This document shows positions 11,501-21,700 of a stretch of DNA of 64,000 nt, in pieces. The stretch's first letter is position 1. Each line of letters opens with the position of its first letter. The notes under the pieces are model-generated. The model worked only from the letters and a program-made list of their open reading frames with translations, did not search any database and was not told the DNA's origin. The position numbers were made by a program, and so were the translations under genes. This DNA is from Monocercomonoides exilis PA203 (taxonomy: Eukaryota > Protista > Preaxostyla): assembly GCA_001643675.2 (NCBI GenBank), contig LSRY02000006.1:1612001-1676000 (forward strand), written 5' to 3'.

Positions 11501-12577
11501 GTTTTATCCATTGGAAAAGAATTTGATGAAGAAGCAGAAGATTGAGACGACGATGCAAATGATGAATTTTGATTTTCTGGTCTTAAATCATCGTCACAAA
11601 CTTGCTGAAACAAATCATCATCTTCGTCATAAATTTCTGGTGTAGCCTTTTCTTTTACAAAATTAGTCTTTAGAAGGCCCATTTTTATTGCTTCGGTTAA
11701 TTTGATTGGAGCCAAAGCTCCGGTCCATAATTGCGCTTGACTATTTTCATCAATGCATACAATACTTGGAGCTTCAACATGCTTAACTTCTTGTTCTGTT
11801 GTGTCGCAATCACGGCCTTCGTCGTGAGTCAATACAAATTTAAAATGCAATGGAAACTCATCCTCACCAAAATTGCGCATGCACTGAAAGAGCGGAAACT
11901 CCTTATCGTGAAGTCCTTGAGCCGAGTGACAAGACCAGAAAAAGTTTTTCCTTGTTCCTCCAATCAAACGAACAGTTTCTTTTGGCGAAATAAGAGGAAC
12001 TGGAACTTCAAAAATAACAGAGTTTTGACCAACAGGTGGATTATCTAAATGTGGAAGCGATGTCGGATGCTCCCGTCGTAAGCAGACATCATGAAGAGCA
12101 GTTGTCGATGAAACGTCTTCAAAGAAATTTGGAGCCAAATGCCAAACATCTCTAACTTCCACAAGTTCTTCAAGCAAGAAATGCAACAAAACAAAGAAAA
12201 TAGATCATTTGTAAATAAGAGATTATTAATAATATGATTTCTTTTCAAACCTCCTTCAGGAATAAAAAAACAACGTATTCGGTTCACTCCATTTTCCCAT
12301 TCAATTTGTCCATCTCTTTCAACAAAATACTTTATATGCAAATAAATATATATAAACAGTACATTTAAACAAAAATATAGCAATTTTATACCTTATATTC
12401 AAACTTTACACCAGCATCGACAAGAACAAATGCTGACCATATCTCTCCATTGCAAACGCAATGCACAGCAAAGTTAGGTTTCCATTTCCCGAGAGACGTA
12501 TTGGAACCACTTATGCATATATTTTCTCCCCATTTAGTTCGATATTTCACCGAAAAAAGAACAACAATTTTTCCCAT
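8545..12577 (-). CDS. DPE2: 4-alpha-glucanotransferase, DPE2-type (N-terminal CBM20 + GH77); exons 12577-12392, 12329-12251, 12167-8545
   Basis: The spliced N-terminus gives a CBM20 (TKWGENICISGS..LGKW..FEYK|YFV..WENGVNR..VRDVW). GH77 motifs: GVVIPVFSLRS, IQLLPVTDT, SYPYS, GDVPIGV, GAPPDAF..GQNWNFPTYNW, YRIDHILGFFRIWEIP, GEDLG, LRVQRMP, TSTHD, INQP..HYWKYR. The catalytic D/E/D residues are intact. Confidence 0.93.
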
Positions 12578-12732
12578 TAAAAAGGGATAAATACAAATGG
12601 TTAAGATCAGTTTGAAAGTCAGATTATTTCTGTGGATTTTCTTTTTTCATTTAAAAAACTTACTTCTTCATGTAAAATATTTTATTTAATTTCGTGGGTA
12701 TCATTTATAATTGTGGAATGATTTCTTGTGAC

Positions 12733-12833
12733 GAGCAATGATGTAGTGTATTTTTCGTGAAATTCTTGACTCTTTTGGAAATTGTTTCTTTTATGAGTCG
12801 GATTAGTGATTTACACACTTGATCGCTGAGCTC
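12733..12833 (+). ncRNA. Candidate box C/D snoRNA/scaRNA, predicted 2'-O-methylation guide for U2 snRNA
   Basis: Terminal stem GAGC (12733-36)/GCTC (12830-33); box C ATGATGT at 12738-44 and box D CTGA at 12826-29 in kink-turn register; internal GACTC/GAGTC stem. Guide ACACTTGATC (12815-24) is the exact complement of conserved U2 GAUCAAGUGU. Confidence 0.7.
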
Positions 12834-13178
12834 AAACACAATTTTAATCATTCAAATATTCGAACCATTTTGAACTTCGGCAATAGAATATGATATCAAA
12901 GTTTTCTGTGTGACAAAGAACAAAACGAATCTTCCAAATTTTTAAATGGAGATATTAATGTACAATGTTATTTTAAATTTCGTTGATTTTTTTTCCTAAA
13001 GTTATTTTTAAAACATAAATCAATTCACACAACATTTTTCTCTGTATTTTAAACAAATGAACGCAACGCATTCATTACGAAAATTATTTAAACAATTTGC
13101 TTGATGCATATATCAAATTATTTAAATAGGTTAATAAAACAAAATTGCCATTTCGGAAATGGGCATTCATTGATCAAA

Positions 13179-15402
13179 ATGATAAAAAATGTTATTATTG
13201 TCGTTTATTTATTCACATTTTTTATTGATATAAGTATTTGCAATGAAACACCTCAACAATATCACTTTACTGTGTTCCACACAAACGATGGTTTGCTGGA
13301 AAGATCTTTTTTAGAAAATATTTGAATATCTTTAATTTGACTCACTATTACAGTGCATGGCTGGGCTAACGGTAAACCCCATGAAAAGTATTTTGATGGA
13401 TCTTTGGCGGATTACGAAAATTTGATTTGGCATTCAAAAAACAAAGCAAATTCTACTCATATTGTTCTTTCATTCGATTCTGGAGATTGGACAGTTGTTT
13501 GTTTTCCAATCATAAAATTTATGTATTGTCACGTTATATATATTTCTATTTGGCGATTAAACTAGGGAACAGGATTGTCTGACGGAACGCCTATTCCTGG
13601 CTCTTTTATGTTTGAACTTGCTTTCAACATGTCACTTGATGCTTGGTCAATGGGAACTCATGAATTTTACAGCGAAAATACCGTACGCTTTATAAATCAA
13701 AATGTTACAAAATTGCTTGGAGAAAGGTTGAGTTATTTGTTTATGAAGAATGAGTGATAATCATTTTAATAAAAATTTAAATAGGTATCTTGCTGGAAAC
13801 ACAAAAATGAAAAATACATCTGCACCGATTGCAAATACTCACATCATAAAAGATTTTCCAGGATTTGGCAAAGTTGCTATTTTTTCTTTTATGTATACGT
13901 GGAAGCCTCCAACTGATGTTGCATTTATTACTGATATGAAAATTGCTTTAACAGAGAGTCATTATGTGGATACCATACAAAATAAAGAAGTGAAATTTGC
14001 AATTGTTTTAGCGCATCTGGATCCAGGTTTTGAAGAAGCAACACAAATAATTGACGATATTCACTCAAAAAGACCAGATGTTCCTGTGCTTTATCTTGGG
14101 GCAAACACCCATTTCGAAAACGTGACGCATAAAGGAAATGGGAAGCAGCTTCGAATACAAAGTGGAGGATTTTTTTACCAAATTGGTAAGATTGACTTTG
14201 ATCTGATTCCTTCAAAAGATGCTGATGAAGCTCAGTTTTCAATAGCAAATGAAAAAGTTGTATTTATTCCAACAAATGTGGCTGAAATGAAAAAAGCAGC
14301 AGGATTTGCTGAGCATTCCAATTCGTCCCCTCAATCATCTCAAAAAGAAGGACTGGCAGCTTATTCGGAAGATGAATGGGAAACAGAAAATGGAAAGAAG
14401 ATGAGAGAAGCAACAAGAGCGCAGGTTTCGCAGCTTGGATTAGATGATGTCATGGGCTGTTCTCCACAGACATACTACAAATTCCAGAATGCAAGTTTAA
14501 ACGAGTCACTGTACAATTTGCTGTTGAACACGGTGTATCCAAGCATAAACCCATATCCGAGGAGCCTTGACAAAAAGGAGGATCGGATGACTTATGAACA
14601 GTGGCTGGAGTGGAATCGGACAAACGGAGAAACTTCACCCGCCGAACAAGCTCCAAAGTGCACGATTACTGTTTATGCGTCAAACTATGCAACACAGCGG
14701 ACTTCAATGTTTGAAGGAAGTGTTTCTATGGATGATGTTATCTCTATCGATCCATTCAATTATAAGCTGTGTTCGTTCAGAGATCTCAAACACTCCCATC
14801 TGCAGATGATGTTCAACTCAGATATTGAGTCTGCAAATAGTGCAGAGTGCGAAGAGGAAGATATTCTGTGCCAAAACAATTCACCTCACAAGCATTCTTT
14901 CTCTTCATCTGGCATTACTCGCTCTCCTTCTGATTCACATCATTCATCTGGGCTGTTTCAGCAATTTAGACATTCAAATGACATTCTGCCATTTGTCGAC
15001 CGAATGAACTATTCAAGATTCATTCATACGGATGTCTGCGAATACGACATCATATCTTCCACATACGACTGCAAGAGGATGCAAGATATTCTAAATAAAA
15101 TTCTTCCATCACAATATTTCTATTTGACCCATCCAAGTCAAAAAAGAACAAGAGAAGTGTGGTTAGAATACATGAGGTCTTATATGCAATGCCCACTCAC
15201 TCGAAAGGGCGATCATAAGCGCGCTGCTGGATATATCGGATCCGGAATCGCTTTATTGATATTAGTGTTTTTATATTTTGCAAGTCTTTGGATATATTTA
15301 GAATTAAAAAGATATCACAGAAAAATAGCATATCACAGATTGAAAAACAAAGAAGGATCGATGATGACTGAAATTCGAAAGAATTCAATAAAATTATCTT
15401 GA
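13179..15402 (+). CDS. 5'-nucleotidase-like calcineurin-type metallophosphoesterase with signal peptide and C-terminal TM anchor; exons about 13179-13290, 13354-13496, 13566-13726, 13785-15402
   Basis: Spliced motifs FHTND|VHGW, DSGDWTV|GTGLSD, MGTHEFY, GER|YLAGN, LAHLD, LGANTH, IQSGGF and DPF match the fungal YHR202W-like nucleotidase pattern. Hydrophobic N-terminus; TM helix IGSGIALLILVFLYFASLWIYL. Confidence 0.8.
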
Positions 15403-15764
15403 GCTCCTTTTTATCTTTTTGTTAAATTTCATACTTCATATTTGTTCAACATTTTTTTAATTCAATTTTCATCTTTTTGTTGTATAAATGTTGTTCTGTT
15501 CAATATATTTTCTTTCTTTAATGTAATATTGGTTTTGAAATCTGTAATATTTTCTTTTTCAAACAGTTTTTGAAAGATTATGGTTTTCGTGTTTATCATT
15601 CAAAAATAATATATCCCAATATTACATTTTTTAATTTTTATTTTGCTGTTATTCTTGTTTCAGTGCAGTAATAGCTGCTTTTCTTTCACAGTTTTAATAT
15701 TTTCGTTTCTTGATAAAGTTTCTGTCATTGATTTGAAATAAAACTTGTTGAAGAAAAGAGACTG

Positions 15765-18700
15765 ATGTCAAGTTTTCCATGTTCTGGAGACTCTTCACCA
15801 AGATCATTTGAAATTACAAAACAGAAAAATGAACAGCTAGAAAAAGAAAACAAAATGCTGAAACTTTCTGTTCAGGAACAAAAACAGCAAATTGAGCGTC
15901 TGACAAGCCGAATTCATGAACTTGAATCGAAAGTTTCATTTCTCCACGAAGATTATCTTGTATGACTTATATTTTTGTTGTCCTTTGCAATTAATGTCAT
16001 TCCCTTTTAATAGATGAAAATACAAACGCTTAGAGACAAAACAGATCATTCAAAGGATATTTTTTCAAATAATAATTCAACATCCACAAACTTGCCATCC
16101 TTTGCTGTACAGCGTGGATTATTTGGATATTCAGACAGCATGCATTCTCGTCGCATGTCATTTGATGCTCGTGCGTCTCATGATATGTTTGTTCCATCGA
16201 CTTTGTCTGCACTGCCTTCTCCCGCAGCTGAAGAAGAATCGTCAATAATTCAACAGAAAGAAGCCACGCGTCTTGAATTGGTGGGAACAGTCGAGCCTAC
16301 AACGTCTACAGTTGATGGTTACGTGAAAAAACGCAATTTTGATTCCGAAAGGGCATGCGTTTTAGGTGTTTGTGTGATGGACAAAAAAGCCACTTCAAAG
16401 CCAATGCACGAAATACTGAAGCGAATACAAGAGCATGGAGACATAAAAATTGTCCACTTTGGGGAGCAAGTTATCAAAGAGCGTCCAGTGACAGAGTGGC
16501 CGCATTGCGACATCTTGCTATCATTCTTTTCTGGTGGGTTTCCAATTGAAAAAGCAATTGAATATGTGAAATTACGTAATCCGTTCCAAATAAACGATTT
16601 ATGCGGCCAGCTGGATCTCTTCTCAAGAGATAAGATTTATGAGCGTCTAACACAGCATAACATTCCAGTCCCTTCGTATGCTGTGATTTATCGGGATGAG
16701 TTTGGTAATCCGAATCCTTTATGCAATGTGGAAGAACACACAAACTACATTCTCATCGGAACCAAAAGAATCACCAAGCCATTTGTTGAGAAGCCGCTCG
16801 ATGCAGAAGACCACGATGTGTGGCTGTACTACCATTCTGATCAGGGCGGTGGAGCGCGAAGAATGTTCCGAAAGAAAGACAACAAGTCGAGTGAGTTTGA
16901 TCCGTCAATCACGCACATCCGCACTGATCGCTCGTATTTGTATGAGGAGTTCATCCCGGCGGATGGGTCGATGGACGTGAAGGTGTATGCTGTTCTGCCA
17001 GACTACGTGCACTGCGAGCTGCGGAAGTCGCCTACAGTCGATGGGATTGTGGAGCGCGATGCAAACAAGAAGGAGATACGCCGAGTGACACAGGCAACAG
17101 AAGCAGAAAGGCACTACGCGCAGATTATCGGGAAGGTCTTCAACCAGCGTGTGTGCGGGTTCGACATGCTGAGGAAGACGCGGAATGGGAAGACTCAGAC
17201 GTACGTGTGCGATGTGAATGGCTGGTCGTTTGTGAAAGGCGACCCGAACTATTACGAAGGCGTGTCTCGTATCCTGCGCAATCTGATGCTGCAGGCAAAA
17301 GCAAGGTTGAAGCAGCCAAAGCCGTTGCTTCACCCAGCAATTAGCGAGAACGACCGGAAAAGCGCGACTCTTAAACGTGTTTCTGCATACTTCAAAAGCG
17401 GAGAAAATGAGCCAAAGCAAAAAGTGAAAGTGCTCATCAGCTCTGAGAACTTTCCTCGATTAGTTGAGTTTTTTTCCACTTTAGCTTATCTTGTTTCTTT
17501 TGCTTCCAATGAATACATTTTCGGTGGAACATGTCCGTCGCTCCGAGGTGTTGTTGGGGCGTGCACCAGCTTTGAGGGATGGCAAGACGATGACGACGTT
17601 GCAGATTCTTTTGAGATTCTTGAGCATCGTCGGTCACACATTCATTTTGCTTCTATAATACAGGAGCTTCGTGCTGGAGAGAAGACAGTTGCCGACGCTT
17701 CTCAGTGCAACTCCCAAGCATCTTTGTTGTCAACATCCGTTGAAGCTCAACCGATGCTGCCGAATGCATCTGTACAGCCTTCTTCGTCATCTACAGCAGA
17801 AGAAGACGCACAGTGCCAATCTGATGAGTTGCACACAGATCGAAGTATTTCTCCGTATATTTTCGGAGGACAGCACATTTCACAGCCGATTCCAACCCTG
17901 GCGCCACTTTCTGAAGGCGCATCTGATGACAGCAACGCCCAGCGCCCTTCTTCCACTTCTCCTTCTGTTACTGCATCACAAACTGCAGCAGATGAACCGA
18001 AATCATTGCCTTCTGTACAGCTTCCTGAACAGATGTCATCTCCTATGACCAATATGGCATTAGCATTAGATGCTTCTATTTCTTCTCTTTCAACAGAAAA
18101 TGGTCGGACAGCATCGTCTTCACCACATGCTTGGACGCTGCCAGTATCGCCAAGAAAAATGGAGGCGACCACTTCAAACTTTGCTGCACCTGATCCTTTG
18201 ATTCAAGAAGATGAGTTATTTGTTGCAGAAAATGACATATCAGATGCAAGTGTGTGTTCTGACCAGGCCTCGCTGATTGCCGTGTATTCGCCTCCGTTCT
18301 CTGCCCATCGACATCGCTCTTCCTTTTCGAGCACTTCGAGTGTATCGTCAGCTGAATTTGCACCGCCTTCAGCTGTTCCCATTCAAAAGCCTGCGTCAGG
18401 TGCGCTGTTGCCACCCACCACTTTCCGCTTTTTGCCGTCTTGCGTGCATGCCAATCTCCCGTTCCCTGCCCACGAGACTTCCTTCTCACCACCAGAACCG
18501 ATACCGTTTGCCGGCAATGAGTCTGCTCCTCTCAGATCTGCCTCTGCAATCAGCATGAACAGCAGCTTGTATCGCTCAACGGCTGGCAGCCCTTCCCAGC
18601 TCTTTTCAAATTATTTCCAGTCAGATACGCAATTGAAGGCCAAACTGCGGAGTGACAAGAAGCGGAAGAAAAGAGACCGCAACAATGGATTTTCCATCTC

Positions 18701-21700
18701 AATCAAAAGCAACCCTGAGATTTTCAGAAAATTCTATACTATTTTGAAGGAGGAGCTGGAGAAAGCGTTTCTTCTTGCTGCGCAGACAGGATCAGTTGGA
18801 GAATCAAAAGAACAAGCAAATTCGTATTCTCCGTCTCAGAGTTATGTAATGCCATCTCCGCTGATCACAGCCCCAACCTCTGTTTCTTTGGCAACGCCAT
18901 CAACCGTAATTTCTTCTGCATCATCTTCTTCTGCTGCTACTACTACTTCTACTTCTTCTTCAATCTCTGCAAATCCTTCTTCGACTTCATCTTCTGCTTT
19001 GCCATATCCAACAAACAATGCTTCATCAGCACAGCCGACTTTCATCCACCCAATAGCTTCGTCTCCTGTGCTGTCGCATCCGCCATTGGTTTCCTTTGAG
19101 CCTCAAAGCAAACAATTGCTAGCACTTCGCAGACAGCAGCAGCAAACAAGCCCAATGCCCTCTCATCCGTGCGACCGCCAATCGAAAAAGAGTACAGCTG
19201 CAACTTCTCAAGCGAACGGTGTGTCTTCCCCAGCACCTTCGTCCCCATCTTCCCATCCAACAGCGTTTGTCAGGCCCCAATCAGCTGGGCAGTCATCTCG
19301 CAACTCAGTTGCCTCTGATCGGATGTCTGTTGTGCACTCCGTCGACGAGGAAGGCGACGAGCGCAACGAAAACAACTACAACTTCCGCTTCCGCCTGCGT
19401 GTGATGGATGTGGCGACGGGGAGCGAGGATGTTCTGGAAGCATTGCAGGACATACTGGCTGTGATGGAAATGGGGAGAAGAGGGCTGAAGATAGAGGCAC
19501 GGACTGCGAGGCTGACGCCAAGTGGAGATCTGTGCGGATTGTATAAAGAGCCAACGTCTAAGAAAAAGAGCAAGACGAAGAAGATGCAGCAGCCAAAGAA
19601 GAAGGGTGTTGAGAAGAAAGGCGAAGATGAAGAGAAGACGGATAGCTACACGCATTTGACTGATATGGACGAGGAAGGAGAAACAGACCAGCTGGAAAGC
19701 GACATTGGCAGCGATGTCGACGTTTCAGACACTGCCTCTTTCTTGTCTTCTGCCTCGTCTGCAATCAATGCCCCTGACAATCTGTTTCCAAACGAGCCAG
19801 AAGAAGTCACATACATCGTGCTCACCTGTCGCTGGGGTGGTACTCTGAGCCATTCTGGCTGGCGCGCATCGCAAATGCTGGGGCAGATGTTCCGCTCGAT
19901 CTTCTTGCCGTCGTCGCAGCTGTCTCCGGTGCCTTCGCCTGAAGCAGTGGCCGAGTGCGATGCGAAAGACGGTACCGAGTTCGTCCGCTCTGCCACCTTC
20001 CACACGACCATCCAGCGACGCTCGCAGGCATCGGCAGTCGGCTTTGCGGATGCGTTCTACAGTGGAACCATGAACAAAGACGCAGACCCGAGCGATTTGG
20101 CTGACCCGGCGCAGCTCATCACGCAGCTACCGTGTGTTTCTGAGCTGCAGAAGAAAGATCACATTCTTGTCATCGACTCTCCGCTGCTCCGTGGTGACCA
20201 GCACGAAAACGCGAGGATCCGGCTGTGGGACATGAAGAGCAAGCTGAAGAATGTGCTGATTGTGAACAGGGAATACGGCTACGAGCCAGAAGACTACGAC
20301 AACCCGATCATCGCAGCGCTGCTGTCGTGCGGGCTGAAGAAGCTGGGCAATCCTCACGCGCGTCTGGTGGCTATTCATTCTTCGATGCACTCGTTTATCC
20401 GCCGCCTGGAGAGCATTGAGAAGGGCAACAAAGGAAAGTCCTGTTTGGACTTGACAGCAGAACTGGAAAAGGAAAGAGCCAAAACGAAAGAGAAAAGAGA
20501 GAATTCTGTTCCGAGTCAGCTGTCTTTGTTCCAACAGACAACAAGCTCCACCGCAAATGCTTCGACAAATACAAACACGGATTCTGTTTCAGATGAGTTC
20601 GGAAAGATGACTATTATTTCTGCTTCGTCTGCTGCTTCAGCAGCATCGCCTTTTTCGAGTGAAGCATCTCCAGCCACATTTTTTTCTCTGATTGGTCCAT
20701 CATCCACAACAACAACTACTACTACTACTTCTTCTCCTTCTCCTTCTTCTTCTCCTTCATCATCGTCTTCTTCTTCTTCAACAACTACCAACATTATTAC
20801 ATCCTCTTCTGCTTCCACTTCTGCTGTTGTTAATGCTCCCTTCTCTGTGTTGGTGCCAACAGATCCATCATATCATCAAGATACTTCTCTGTCATCCTCA
20901 TCTTCCTTCTCTTTCTTGCCTCCGATTGCTTCATCTACTTCATCATCATCTCTATCATCAACTACTCCTGAGCCTCCTTCATCTGCATTCCTCCCTCTTC
21001 ACCACACCCGCTCTGCCCCAACATCTCCTGAGGTTCGGTCGATGGGAGACCCAAATTCACCTCCACATGCAGACACTTCGCTTATCCTCAGCACAAAAGT
21101 GCATTCGCACCAGCAAGACACTTCGGCTGATTCCGCTTTTGCACAAACAGACAATTCAAACGCTTATCCGTTTGCTCCTTCGTCTGAACTGAATGTTTCT
21201 GTGCCGCCAAATAAAAACGCACCCACTCTTGAATTCCTATCGCCTATCACTTCTTTGTCCAATTATCCTGCTTTGTCTACTTCATCTGTTCAAATGCTTC
21301 CAACATTTTCAAATTTATCAAGTTCAACTTCGTCATCATCCTCCTCCTCCTCCTCCTCATCATCATCATCATCATCAACTCCAGTTTCTTCCTTATCAAC
21401 TGCACCAATTATACGCACGCTAACTACAAAGAACTCATCTCCTTCCAATTCTCAGACGACTTCCTCGCTTTACAAGCAGTCTTCAACAGATGTTCTGGAT
21501 GGCTCATTTGTCGGATGCGGAGGAGAATCGCTCTCGTTAATCAAGCAGCGGTGGAAGAAGTTGTATCACTCGCTGCGGCACGAGAATGGCGAGTGGAACA
21601 CGTCAATCATCATCAACATCTATCAGAACTTGAAGTGGGACATCACCCATAATGCTCCCCTGGCTGAGCTTCTGAGCCCGCTGTATCAGACAATCGCTCC

